From IMG/VR virus record IMGVR_UViG_3300021962_000021, positions 124,001-188,000 of that record: a stretch of 64,000 nucleotides of DNA; one strand, given 5' to 3'. How positions within the stretch are numbered: position 1 is the stretch's first letter; every line of letters begins with the position of its first letter. Shown here piece after piece: positions 38,125 through 48,421 of the stretch. The translations under genes were made by a program, and so were the position numbers. The notes beneath the pieces were generated by a model, which made no database searches, was not told where the DNA came from, and was given only the letters and a program-made list of their open reading frames with translations.

Positions 38125-39005
38125 TTTTAGTGAATGGGTGTTCTTTTTCTGCACCATCCGATGATAATGATAGTTGGGTATCGGGATTATATAATAAAGG
38201 ATTTGACCGTTATAATTATAAAATTCCAAGTAGTATAGAACAAAAATATGCAGTAAGAAATATTGCAGTTGGTGGTTCTTCTAATACTGTAATACGAAGA
38301 AAAACTTTTTGGTATTTAAATGATATATCGCATAAGCATATGCCTGATTATATGATTGTTCAATGGTCCACAATTGATAGATGGGATTATCCAATTTTTG
38401 TTTCAGAAGAAAAAGCAAATACATTTCCAAGAATAAAAGATATATCACCACATTGGGTAAATAAAATAAATTATATGTGTAATGGGACCGATACTATGGG
38501 ATATGCTAAAGATTTTTATGAAAAATATTATTCTTTTTATGGAGCAGTTTTGGATACATTAGAAAACATATATCACACACAACAATATTTGAATACAAAA
38601 GGTATACCATATAAAATGCTTACAATTGGTAATCTTTTCGATATGGATGTTAGTATTGAAAAATTAATAAAATTACAAACGGATAAAACGGGCCAAAGTG
38701 GTAATTATGCAACTTTAAAAACAAATAAAAGTATTTTTGATAAATTAGAACCGTTTGAGAATTCTTGGTATGAATTAGATACACTAAAAGCATTACTAAA
38801 TAAAATAGATTTTAGTAAATTTATATTTACAGATGATGTAAACATATCCGGATTTGGTGGTGGGATTATAGAATGGTTTTTAAATCAAAATGAAATGCTT
38901 AACGGAGGACAGTGGCATCCATCTGGAGAACAACACATTAGGTTTTTTAATGAATTTCTTTGGCCAAAAATAGAAAAAGAAGTAGAACAATATTCCAGAA
39001 AATGA
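38121..39005 (+). CDS. SGNH/GDSL-like protein
   Basis: NGCSFS, AVGGSSN, VQWS, C-terminal WHPSGEQH. Confidence 0.6.
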   Translation: MILVNGCSFSAPSDDNDSWVSGLYNKGFDRYNYKIPSSIEQKYAVRNIAVGGSSNTVIRRKTFWYLNDISHKHMPDYMIVQWSTIDRWDYPIFVSEEKANTFPRIKDISPHWVNKINYMCNGTDTMGYAKDFYEKYYSFYGAVLDTLENIYHTQQYLNTKGIPYKMLTIGNLFDMDVSIEKLIKLQTDKTGQSGNYATLKTNKSIFDKLEPFENSWYELDTLKALLNKIDFSKFIFTDDVNISGFGGGIIEWFLNQNEMLNGGQWHPSGEQHIRFFNEFLWPKIEKEVEQYSRK

Positions 39006-39760
39006 ACTTACTAAATCAAACACTAATTCAAAAATATTTAACAAATAATCATACTATTGATGAAAATGGTAATGTTAAATTGGAGCCTGTAAAGTATCGT
39101 TGGACACATGGTGCAACCGATTTACACTTAGGAGATGGGTTAATGATATATTCACTCATAATGTTTAATAGAGCAAAAATATGCGTTTGTATTGGAACAG
39201 GAGGAGGATTTATACCCCGTCTTATGACGCAAGCTAGAAAAGATTTATGGGAACAAAAAATATTCGAAGGGAATAATCAAACCGAATGGGGTGATATTGG
39301 AACAACTATAATTATAGATGCTTCAAATGGTATTGGAGGGTTTACTGATTGGACAGATGAAAATTCTTTTTTAAGACAACATTTTTCACCACAAGTTATT
39401 TTAGAAACATCAGAAAGGGCCTTTTATGATTATTTTGTAAGACAAGATATTAAGATTGATTATTTGCATATAGATGGCGACCATTCTTATGAAGGTGTTA
39501 AAAAAGATTTTGAATTGTATTCAACCATAATGTCAGAAAATGGAATTATAACAATACACGATACCGACCAAAATTATCATGATACTTTTATCGTTACTGA
39601 AGATGCTAAAAAGGATTTTGATAATTTTGATGGGCCGGCAAAATTTATTAAAGATTTAGAAAATAATTCTGATTGGAATTTGGTAAATTTAAAAAATTTT
39701 CGTATGTTTGATTCTTTAAAACCAACAACAACTGGATTGACAGTTCTGACAAGAAAATAA
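39002..39760 (+). CDS. Class I SAM-dependent methyltransferase (Methyltransf_24-like)
   Basis: CIGTGGG motif I; IDYLHIDGDHSYEGVKKDF..GIITIHD. Start moved from 38960 to the overlapping ATG at 39002. Confidence 0.8.
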   Translation: MNLLNQTLIQKYLTNNHTIDENGNVKLEPVKYRWTHGATDLHLGDGLMIYSLIMFNRAKICVCIGTGGGFIPRLMTQARKDLWEQKIFEGNNQTEWGDIGTTIIIDASNGIGGFTDWTDENSFLRQHFSPQVILETSERAFYDYFVRQDIKIDYLHIDGDHSYEGVKKDFELYSTIMSENGIITIHDTDQNYHDTFIVTEDAKKDFDNFDGPAKFIKDLENNSDWNLVNLKNFRMFDSLKPTTTGLTVLTRK

Positions 39761-39762
39761 AA

Positions 39763-40629
39763 ATGAATAAAAAAATAAGATTAGTTACAGTAACAGGTTC
39801 GAGAACAGATACACTCGAATATATGATTAATCATTACTATGATTTGGTTGACGAGATTTATATTGTTGTTTATGATACAGGAAATGGACAATACGATAAA
39901 GTTAAAGAGATAACTGATAATTACAAAGACAAAATATTTTTATATAGGCACGATGATACTCAAGAATACAATTGGGAGACAGTTACAGCATTATACAATG
40001 AAATAAAAAATTTATATCCAAATGATTGGTGGGTTATTTCAGATGATGATGAATTTCATTTATATTCAAAACCATTAAGAGAAATAATAAATGATTGTGA
40101 TGAAAATAATTGGGATATAGTTAGAGGTGGTTTTATAGATAGAATTGGAGAAGATGGTAAATTTAAAGAAATTGAAAAATTCTCTAAAAAACAAAATATA
40201 TTTAGTCAATTTCCATATGCTGGATTTTTCAGATATCAAATGAGCAAAGCATGTCCTAATAAAATTTGTATTGTAAAGGGTTATATAGAAATAACTCCTG
40301 GTCAACATTATGCAAAGATAGATGGGCATACAACTTGGAGATGGCAAGGTTGGCAACACCCTTTAATTGCACCTGTAGATATTTACAATGTTCAGGTACA
40401 TCATTTTAAATGGGATAAAACAGTTGTTGATAGAATAAAAAAAGTAGCAGATATTAGAAAAGATTATGCATACTCAGATGAATATTTTAAAATGCATCAA
40501 TCATTAAGAAATTCAAATTTTGAATTGAATTTATTATCAGAAGATTATATGTTTGAATATTGTCCAGTTGCATCCTTTGAAAGTTACAAAAAATGGAAAA
40601 AATTATTTAATAAAATTATATCTATATAA
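39763..40629 (+). CDS. GT-A fold glycosyltransferase (GT2/GT92-like)
   Basis: WWVISDDDEFH (DxDE), ACPNKI, VHHFKW. Confidence 0.65.
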   Translation: MNKKIRLVTVTGSRTDTLEYMINHYYDLVDEIYIVVYDTGNGQYDKVKEITDNYKDKIFLYRHDDTQEYNWETVTALYNEIKNLYPNDWWVISDDDEFHLYSKPLREIINDCDENNWDIVRGGFIDRIGEDGKFKEIEKFSKKQNIFSQFPYAGFFRYQMSKACPNKICIVKGYIEITPGQHYAKIDGHTTWRWQGWQHPLIAPVDIYNVQVHHFKWDKTVVDRIKKVADIRKDYAYSDEYFKMHQSLRNSNFELNLLSEDYMFEYCPVASFESYKKWKKLFNKIISI

Positions 40630-40637
40630 AAGGTTAT

Positions 40638-42086
40638 ATGCAAGATAAAAAGTTATCTATTATAGTTCCATATTCTGACCGTAAAGAACAAATGTATACA
40701 TTCATAGGTCATATGGAATATTTCCTTAAAGATAAGGTCAATTACGAAATACATTTCATAGAACAAAAAGATGCAGATGTTTATTTTAATTATGGTAAAC
40801 TATGTAATATTGGGTTTGATATAACCGCAGATACTTCTGATTATTATGTTTTTCAAGATATAGATTTATTACCAAAGCAAGATAATTGTGATTATACATA
40901 TACACATTATCCAACACATCTTGCTACAAATTTAAAACCATATGCAAATTGGATTGGTGGTAGTTTTAAAATAACAAAAGAAGATTTTATCAAAGTAAAT
41001 GGATTTAGTAATGATTATTGGGGTGGTATTTTTCATTGGGAAGATTTTCTATTTAGATTAAATAAACACAATCTATTGCCGGTTAAGAGATTCTTTACTA
41101 AAAATGTTTACAAACCACATAGATTAATTGATGTTGATGAGATAAATAAATTTAGTAAAAAAACAGTTTATCCATTTATTTCCGACCAAAATAATTGTGC
41201 TATTATAAAAGCAAATAAGAAAACTGATTATCTATTTGAAGATTCATTTACGATATCAATGGATATCTGGATAAACGATAATCAATCAACAAACGGGTGT
41301 ATAATTGGTAAGCAAGGATATGATATGGGTATTTTTGTTATGAAAAACCAGGCTATAGCTGTTCAAATCTGGGGAGATGATAATCAATTGTATAATATTT
41401 GGTTCGAACATAAAAACTATACAAATCAATGGATTAATTTAGCATTAAAAGTTGATATGGATTATAGAAAAGCATCTTTATTTGTAGATGGTAAATTGGT
41501 TGGTTGGAGTGAATTGCCAGATACATTAATGGATTTTAGAGGTAAAGATTTGTGGATAGGAAGTATGGCGTTTAGAGATTGTTTCGAAGGTAAAATATCA
41601 AATCTATTGTGCTTTGATTATGCATTAAACGATTCGGAAATAGAAAAAATATATGTTGATGGTTATAAAACAGATGATATTGTCAATACAAATTTTGAAT
41701 CTATAATAGACATAACATTTAGTAAAAAATTTGGAGATTTTTATGTAGATGAATCTAAATCAAAATCGCATGCAAGATTGATATCTACGGGATTACATAA
41801 CCAAATATATTCAGAAGAAATAACTCTTTCATACGAAACAAATATGCCAGAACAATCTTTGGGTAGATTTGAAGTTATGGAAGGAGAAGAAAAATTTTCT
41901 AAATTGGGTGTGTATAATTGGGTTGATAAGGATGGAAATTTTGTAGAAAATGAAAGTATATTTTTCTATGAAATAGCAAACAACACCCTAAACACAGACA
42001 ATTTTGGATTAAATACACTTTCATATGATTTATATGAAACAGAACAATTAAAAGATAATATATTTTTACACTCAATTAAAATTTAA
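40638..42086 (+). CDS. GT7 (beta-1,4-galactosyltransferase-like) with inserted LamG domain, degenerate motifs
   Basis: IVPYSDR, FNYGKLCNIG, FQDID, GFSNDYWG, LamG core, C-terminal FGLNTLSY. Confidence 0.8.
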   Translation: MQDKKLSIIVPYSDRKEQMYTFIGHMEYFLKDKVNYEIHFIEQKDADVYFNYGKLCNIGFDITADTSDYYVFQDIDLLPKQDNCDYTYTHYPTHLATNLKPYANWIGGSFKITKEDFIKVNGFSNDYWGGIFHWEDFLFRLNKHNLLPVKRFFTKNVYKPHRLIDVDEINKFSKKTVYPFISDQNNCAIIKANKKTDYLFEDSFTISMDIWINDNQSTNGCIIGKQGYDMGIFVMKNQAIAVQIWGDDNQLYNIWFEHKNYTNQWINLALKVDMDYRKASLFVDGKLVGWSELPDTLMDFRGKDLWIGSMAFRDCFEGKISNLLCFDYALNDSEIEKIYVDGYKTDDIVNTNFESIIDITFSKKFGDFYVDESKSKSHARLISTGLHNQIYSEEITLSYETNMPEQSLGRFEVMEGEEKFSKLGVYNWVDKDGNFVENESIFFYEIANNTLNTDNFGLNTLSYDLYETEQLKDNIFLHSIKI

Positions 42087-42088
42087 AA

Positions 42089-42388
42089 ATGGCAAAAATT
42101 AAGTTACAAGAAGTAGAAACTCCAGAACAAAATTTAGAATCAGTTGTATTGGAAACAAGAAAAGTTAAAGCATTGGAAAAGATAGCAAATTCTTTGGATG
42201 CACTTACTATTTGGTTCGAAGAAATTGATAAGAAAGAATGGGGTGAAAGATTGGCATGGTATTTGTATGAATGGCATACAATGGCTAAAGCAAATTTTAG
42301 TGGGGAAGTTCCAACAACACAGGAAGAACAACAAACTCCACCACCACCAAGAAAAGTTAGACCAAAAAAAGATATAGAAAAAGTTTAA
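42089..42388 (+). CDS. Small hypothetical protein between GT7 paralogues
   Basis: 99 aa, tight spacing, W-rich helix LTIWFEEIDKKEWGERLAWYLYEW. Confidence 0.7.
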   Translation: MAKIKLQEVETPEQNLESVVLETRKVKALEKIANSLDALTIWFEEIDKKEWGERLAWYLYEWHTMAKANFSGEVPTTQEEQQTPPPPRKVRPKKDIEKV

Positions 42389-42391
42389 TAA

Positions 42392-43822
42392 ATGAAATTA
42401 GGAATCATCGTTCCATATAGAAATAGAGAGACTCATTTAAATAGGTTTATATCAGAAACAAAAAGTTATTTAAAATCTAAAAAAATAGATTCCGAAGTAA
42501 TAATAGTCGAACAATCCGATGATAAACCTTTTAATAGAGGAAAACTATTAAATGTTGGATATATAAAAGCAAAAGAGTTAGGTTGTGATTATATTGTATT
42601 TCACGATGTGGATATGATACCAATTGATGTTGATTATTCTTATTCGGAAGTTCCACTCCATCTTGCAACAAAATTTGAATTGGAATATGAAAAAGCTAAA
42701 AATTTAGAATTCGATGATTATTTTGGCGGAGTAACAATGATGTCAAATAAAACATTTGAAAAAATAAATGGTTATTCGAATTTATATTGGGGATGGGGAT
42801 TTGAGGATGATGACCTTCTATTTAGATGTGCAGAAAAGGGAATTATTTTAGATAGAAAAGTAATAGGAAAAAAAGAAGTTAAAAAAATATATGGTTTATA
42901 CTTCAATGGTAAAGATTCTCATATAAAGATTCCAAAAAAAGATTTATTTGATTTTAATAGGGATGCATCAATATTGATATCTTTTAAACCCGATGAAGTC
43001 ATATCTAATCCTATGAAAGAGTATGATGAATATACCGTATTCTCTATACCAGGGTATGATACTAATATATCTTATAATTCATTTAGAAGATATAAATGTG
43101 ATTTTTGGAATTCAAAAAATGAAAATTTATCTATTAATTCGGAAATACTTACAAATCACTTTACGCAAATTTGTATTACAATAAGTGTAAAAAATAAAGA
43201 AATTTCATTTTATAAAGATGGTGAATTGGTTGAATCAAAAAAATTAATAGGCGATTTCAAAAACTATTCAGATGAAGAATATTTTTATTTGGGCGTTGGC
43301 TCTCCTGAAAGATTAGATAACAACAATTATTTTTATGGTATAATTTCTGAATTTGCTATTTTTGATAAAGTATTAGATGAAAGAGAAATTGAAATACTTT
43401 CGGAAAATACATTAGAAAATTCTCTATTAGAAAATTTTAGAGCTTATAAATCTTCCGATAATTTAAAATTATATTACGATTTTAAATTCTACAAAAATAA
43501 AAAATTGATAGATTTATCAGGTAACGGAAATGATGGAGAAATTATCAATTCACATTTTATTAAATCAAACCAGCAATTGGGTAAAGAAATGATGGTTCCT
43601 TATAGAAGAGATAGTCTTTTCAAATTATTATCACACAAACCAAATAGTTGGAATGGTAAGAGTTGGGTTCATAGAGAAACCAGAATAAATCAATTGAGGT
43701 TTTTGAATGAAGTTAAAAAAAGATTATATAATATAGAATTAGATGGTTTAAATAGTTGTATGTATCAAATAATCGGAGAAGCAAAAAAAGAAAATATACA
43801 TCATTTATCAGTATTGTTATAG
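42392..43822 (+). CDS. GT7 glycosyltransferase with inserted LamG domain
   Basis: IVPYRNR, PFNRGKLLNVG, FHDVD, GYSNLYWGWGFEDDD, LamG core, DGLNSCMY. Confidence 0.9.
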   Translation: MKLGIIVPYRNRETHLNRFISETKSYLKSKKIDSEVIIVEQSDDKPFNRGKLLNVGYIKAKELGCDYIVFHDVDMIPIDVDYSYSEVPLHLATKFELEYEKAKNLEFDDYFGGVTMMSNKTFEKINGYSNLYWGWGFEDDDLLFRCAEKGIILDRKVIGKKEVKKIYGLYFNGKDSHIKIPKKDLFDFNRDASILISFKPDEVISNPMKEYDEYTVFSIPGYDTNISYNSFRRYKCDFWNSKNENLSINSEILTNHFTQICITISVKNKEISFYKDGELVESKKLIGDFKNYSDEEYFYLGVGSPERLDNNNYFYGIISEFAIFDKVLDEREIEILSENTLENSLLENFRAYKSSDNLKLYYDFKFYKNKKLIDLSGNGNDGEIINSHFIKSNQQLGKEMMVPYRRDSLFKLLSHKPNSWNGKSWVHRETRINQLRFLNEVKKRLYNIELDGLNSCMYQIIGEAKKENIHHLSVLL

Positions 43823-43823
43823 T

Positions 43824-45281
43824 ATGAAATTAGGAGTTTGTGTTCCATATAGAAATCGACAAGAACATATGAATAAGTTTGTTCCTCATGTATCTAAATT
43901 TTTAGAAGATAGGGGAATTGAGCATACAATATATTTGGCACACCAATGTGATGAAAAATTATTTAACAGAGGTTTGATGAAAAACATTGCAGCCAAATAT
44001 GCATTTGATGATGGTTGTGATTATATAGTTTGGCATGATATTGATATGGTGCCAGAAGATGATAGTTGTGATTATTCATATAATCCAGATGCACCAAAGC
44101 ATTTGGCAGTTAGGATATCACAATCTGATTACGGATTAAAATATCAGGAATACTTTGGTGGTGCAGTGTTGTTTACAAAAGAACAAGTGATAAAAACCAA
44201 CGGATATTCTAATGGTTATTGGGATTGGGGTATGGAAGATGATGACTTATTTTGGAGATGTGTTTTAGAAGGATATGCCGATAAAAAAACATTAAATTAT
44301 AATAAAACAAAAACGGTTGGAGTATTTAATGGTAAATCATCATTTATAAAAATACCAAACCAACCTGATGATAAATTAAGACAATCTTTGAATTCTTGTC
44401 ATACCGTTTCTGTTTTAGTTAAAGCAGACCAGCAAATAGAAAAAGTTCCTATTTGGTTAATCGGTGATGATAAAAGAAAGTTTGTAGAATACCCTATAAT
44501 AAGAAAACCAGGATTTGATTGGGGATTATCTTTTAACAATAGTAGAGCATATACTGCAATGCTTTGGAATAATCATAGAGAACACATCTACCAATGGATA
44601 AAAAGATATGAAAATGAATGGAGTTGGGTTACTATGGTAGTGGATTCTAAAAGAAAAAGAATGCACTTATATATCAATGGTAGAGAAAGTGATGCAAGAA
44701 ATGGAATGGGAACACAATCACCAATCAGATATCAATATGATTTAAAAAGATATGGTAGTGAACCATTTTACATTGGACATACACCATCTGTTGCTGGATT
44801 TGAACCAAATGCATATTTTAAGGGCGAAATAGCGGATATAAAAATATGGAATAGAGCATTAGATGAAACCGAAGTTGAATTATTAAATAAACAATATTCA
44901 ACAAACGGATTAGTTTTACATTACAATTTTGATGATATAGAAAATGGATATCTAATAGACCAATCCGAATTAAATGATGGTTTTATAAATGATGTAAAAT
45001 TTGAAGAAAGAGATATTATAATACCTGATGTTGTATTACCACATAGACGAGATGGTAAATTCTTTTGTTTACCACATCAAACGGAAGGATTGATAAATGT
45101 TGGTGGAATAGAAAAGTGGGCAAAGGGTGAAACAACAGCAGCAAATGAAAGGAGATATGTATTAGAAATGCAACAAGGCAAAATAGATTATAAAAAAGAT
45201 GGTATAAATAGTATGAAATACACATACTTAAATACCCAAACAATATTTGAAAAACACAAAATGATTAACGTTCATTGTTAA
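43824..45281 (+). CDS. GT7 glycosyltransferase with inserted LamG domain
   Basis: VPYRNR, FNRGLMKN, WHDID, YWDWGMEDDD, FKGEIADIKIWNRAL (LamG), DGINSMKY. Confidence 0.9.
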   Translation: MKLGVCVPYRNRQEHMNKFVPHVSKFLEDRGIEHTIYLAHQCDEKLFNRGLMKNIAAKYAFDDGCDYIVWHDIDMVPEDDSCDYSYNPDAPKHLAVRISQSDYGLKYQEYFGGAVLFTKEQVIKTNGYSNGYWDWGMEDDDLFWRCVLEGYADKKTLNYNKTKTVGVFNGKSSFIKIPNQPDDKLRQSLNSCHTVSVLVKADQQIEKVPIWLIGDDKRKFVEYPIIRKPGFDWGLSFNNSRAYTAMLWNNHREHIYQWIKRYENEWSWVTMVVDSKRKRMHLYINGRESDARNGMGTQSPIRYQYDLKRYGSEPFYIGHTPSVAGFEPNAYFKGEIADIKIWNRALDETEVELLNKQYSTNGLVLHYNFDDIENGYLIDQSELNDGFINDVKFEERDIIIPDVVLPHRRDGKFFCLPHQTEGLINVGGIEKWAKGETTAANERRYVLEMQQGKIDYKKDGINSMKYTYLNTQTIFEKHKMINVHC

Positions 45282-45285
45282 AATT

Positions 45286-46701
45286 ATGGCAGAGCAAAAA
45301 ACATACAAAGAAAATCCAATTTATTTAAGAGTAAAAGATGAACTTAATTCAGTTGGTCCAGGAATGTGTTTAGCAAAGTGGACACAAGTAACACTACAAT
45401 TGCAAAATGGACATAATCATTCATGTCACCATCCAAGAACACATAAAATTTCGGAACAAGAGATTGCACGAAACCCATCGGCACTTCATAATACGAGATA
45501 TAAAAAACTTCGTAGAAAAGAAATGTTACAAGGTAGTAGACCTGTTGAGTGTGATTATTGTTGGGGAGTAGAAGATAATTCTGACCGTTTTTCTGATAGA
45601 ATTTTTAAATCAGGAGAAAGTTGGTCTTATCCATTTATGAAAGAAATTACAGAATCAGATTGGAGAGATGATTACAATCCAAAATATGTAGAAGTAGCAT
45701 TCTCAAATGCATGTAATTTTAAATGTTCATATTGTGGACCCGCTTTCAGTTCAAAATGGGTAGAAGAAATAGAACAATATGGACATTATCCAACTCTTGA
45801 TAATTTCAACTCAACTGAGTGGATGAAAGTAGAAGATAAATTTCCAATTCCTGCTAGAGAACATAATCCTTATGTAGAAGCATTTTGGAAATGGTGGCCT
45901 GATTTATATAGAGATTTACACACCTTTAGAATTACAGGTGGAGAACCCCTAATGGCAAAAGATACTTGGAAAGTATTAGATTACATCATTGAACAAGAAA
46001 ACCCAAATACGGAATTAAAATTAGCGTTTAATTCGAATTTAGGTGTTCCTACCGAATTGGTTAAAAAATTTATTGAGAAGATAAAAAGAATTGAAGATGA
46101 AGGTAGAGCAAAAGAAGTTGTAATATTTACATCAGTTGATACTTGGGGAGAACAGGCAGAATATATTAGAACGGGATTAGAATTTAATCGTTTTTGGGAC
46201 CATGTTAATATGATATTGACAGAATGTCCTAGAGTTATTATTACATTTATGTCTACATACAACGCATTGAGTGTATTTAACTATGAACAATTAATTCACA
46301 ATGTATATACCTTAAAAGACCAATACGCATCATCTGATAGATATTGGAACTCAGCAGTATTTTTAGATTCATCATATTTAAGATATCCTTTACACCAAAC
46401 TGTGCAAGTTCTTCCTTATGATTTTTCTAAATATATTTTAGACCAATCTAAATTAATTACATATTATGCGGCACCATCATTTAGTCCTGAACACATTGGA
46501 TATAGTGATGTTGAAGTTCAAAAAGTAAAACGTATTTACGATTGGATGTTGGCACCACAAGATGCAACACAGCAAATGAAAAATAGATATAGTTTTTATC
46601 AGTATTTTTCAAATCACGATAAACGTAGAGGAACTAATTTTGTAAAAACATTCCCAGAATTGGAAGAGTTTTATAACTTTTGTAAAACAATAAAAATATG
46701 A
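45286..46701 (+). CDS. Radical SAM protein with N-terminal Cys/His auxiliary-cluster domain
   Basis: CNFKCSYC (CxxxCxxC), ITGGEP; N-terminal CLAKW...HSCHH...CDYCW. Confidence 0.9.
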   Translation: MAEQKTYKENPIYLRVKDELNSVGPGMCLAKWTQVTLQLQNGHNHSCHHPRTHKISEQEIARNPSALHNTRYKKLRRKEMLQGSRPVECDYCWGVEDNSDRFSDRIFKSGESWSYPFMKEITESDWRDDYNPKYVEVAFSNACNFKCSYCGPAFSSKWVEEIEQYGHYPTLDNFNSTEWMKVEDKFPIPAREHNPYVEAFWKWWPDLYRDLHTFRITGGEPLMAKDTWKVLDYIIEQENPNTELKLAFNSNLGVPTELVKKFIEKIKRIEDEGRAKEVVIFTSVDTWGEQAEYIRTGLEFNRFWDHVNMILTECPRVIITFMSTYNALSVFNYEQLIHNVYTLKDQYASSDRYWNSAVFLDSSYLRYPLHQTVQVLPYDFSKYILDQSKLITYYAAPSFSPEHIGYSDVEVQKVKRIYDWMLAPQDATQQMKNRYSFYQYFSNHDKRRGTNFVKTFPELEEFYNFCKTIKI

Positions 46702-47447
46702 GTTTAAAAGTAGATAAGGATAATATATTTTTTATTTTACCTGAAAGTAGGTATTCTGTATCAAATAGAATTGATAAATGGATGGAAGAAGATTTTTCTT
46801 TACATCTATCCGCAAAAGTATTTTTAGAAGATTTGGATATTAATCAATCTTTTATGTTTGCAAGAAATGGAATGCATTCTGGGATATCGGCATTCAAAGA
46901 CCAATTTGATAATGTAAATGTTTCATTTAGTTATTGGTTTAGAACACCAAATGGAGAATCTGTTGTTAAGCAAGTATTTCATGGTTTACTTCCCGAAGAA
47001 GTTGGTGAATTTAATGAATACTCAATGATATGTGACCAGTTTGAAGATAGAAAGATAGATTGTTATTTTAATGGAAAATTGGTTGGAACCATACATTTTG
47101 GAGATGATGAAAAACAATCATATGAACATGCTTTTTATTGGTTTGGTTGTGGGAGTATGATAGGACCCGAAGAGCATAGGGGATATGGTAAGTTTGAATA
47201 CAAATTGTGTTTTCTATTAGATAAGAAATTAAAAATAGTTGAATTACAAGATATAGCAGATAACTACACAGATAAATACAGCCATACGGTTTTTAATGAT
47301 TTAAAGAAATTAAACTATGATTTTGCATTAAGACCGCATTTTGCATTTTTTTGTGATTTTAATCATCACAACCGATATAAAGTTTGGGATTTATCATTTA
47401 GCGGAAACTATCCACAATTTTATATAGAACACAATATATACTTTTAA
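46698..47447 (+). CDS. Stand-alone LamG/concanavalin-A-like domain protein
   Basis: IDCYFNGKLVG, WFGCG, terminal WDLSFSGN, like the LamG inserts of the GT7 genes. Confidence 0.45.
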   Translation: MSLKVDKDNIFFILPESRYSVSNRIDKWMEEDFSLHLSAKVFLEDLDINQSFMFARNGMHSGISAFKDQFDNVNVSFSYWFRTPNGESVVKQVFHGLLPEEVGEFNEYSMICDQFEDRKIDCYFNGKLVGTIHFGDDEKQSYEHAFYWFGCGSMIGPEEHRGYGKFEYKLCFLLDKKLKIVELQDIADNYTDKYSHTVFNDLKKLNYDFALRPHFAFFCDFNHHNRYKVWDLSFSGNYPQFYIEHNIYF

Positions 47448-47448
47448 T

Positions 47449-48420
47449 ATGAAGATTTTAATAACAGGTGGTGCCGGATATTTGGGTTCGGTTATTGTTG
47501 GTAAAATGTTAGAAGAAGGATATGATGTGGTTGTATTAGATAAATTATTATTTAATCAAACTTCGTTATTACAATATACTTCTAATTCAAAATTCAAATT
47601 TATTTACGGAGATGTTCGTAATGAGGTGTTATTGGAAAAACTATGTAATGAAGTTGATGTTATTATTCCATTAGCAGCAATTGTAGGATTTCCAGCATGT
47701 GCCGCAGACCCAAAATTAGCAAGAGAGATAAATTTTAATCAAATTGTAAATATAGTTAAATTTACAAATGGTAAAGATAAAAAAATTCTTTATCCAAATA
47801 CTAATAGTGGATATGGACTTGGGCAAGGACAAACGGAGTGTGATGAAGAATCGCCGTTGAATCCAATATCCGTTTACGGACAAACTAAATGTGAAGCTGA
47901 GAACTTTTTAAGAACATCTACGGATGCAATTATTTTCAGATTAGCAACTGTATTCGGAGTATCACCTAGAATGAGAACCGACCTATTGGTGAACGATTTT
48001 ACATATAAAGCAATTACAGACAAATACATTGTTGTGTTTGAAAAAAATTTTAAAAGAAACTATATACACATTGAAGATGTTGCAAATGTATTTCTTTTTA
48101 TGTTAAAAAATTATGATAAATATAAAAATGAAGTTTTTAATATAGGATTGAGTTCTGCAAATCTTTCAAAAAAAGAACTTTTGGAAAAAATACAATCTCA
48201 TGTAAAAGATTTTGCAATATCATATAATGATTATTACGAAGACCCGGATAAAAGAGATTATATAGTTTCCAATACAAAAGTAGAAGCTACGGGTTGGAAG
48301 CCAGAATGGGATTTGGATAGAGGAATAAAACAACTTATAATGGCATATCAAATGATTGTTCCAAAAATGGGAGCAGAATTTAGAAACGGATTTCCTTTAG
48401 GTTACGCAAATCAAACATAG
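47449..48420 (+). CDS. NAD-dependent NDP-sugar epimerase/dehydratase (extended SDR)
   Basis: TGGAGYLGS, LAAIVG, YGQTK (YxxxK), RLATVFG. Confidence 0.9.
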   Translation: MKILITGGAGYLGSVIVGKMLEEGYDVVVLDKLLFNQTSLLQYTSNSKFKFIYGDVRNEVLLEKLCNEVDVIIPLAAIVGFPACAADPKLAREINFNQIVNIVKFTNGKDKKILYPNTNSGYGLGQGQTECDEESPLNPISVYGQTKCEAENFLRTSTDAIIFRLATVFGVSPRMRTDLLVNDFTYKAITDKYIVVFEKNFKRNYIHIEDVANVFLFMLKNYDKYKNEVFNIGLSSANLSKKELLEKIQSHVKDFAISYNDYYEDPDKRDYIVSNTKVEATGWKPEWDLDRGIKQLIMAYQMIVPKMGAEFRNGFPLGYANQT

Positions 48421-48421
48421 T

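Noticed and set aside
38960-39001. Track start of the methyltransferase
   Set aside because: Overlaps the previous gene by 46 nt; the in-frame ATG at 39002 gives the 4-nt ATGA overlap typical of this operon.
40638-45281. Giant-virus or eukaryotic origin suggested by GT7 genes
   Set aside because: T4-like terminase, gp25/gp6 baseplate, sigma-like factor, intrinsic terminators and overlapping operons indicate a bacteriophage.
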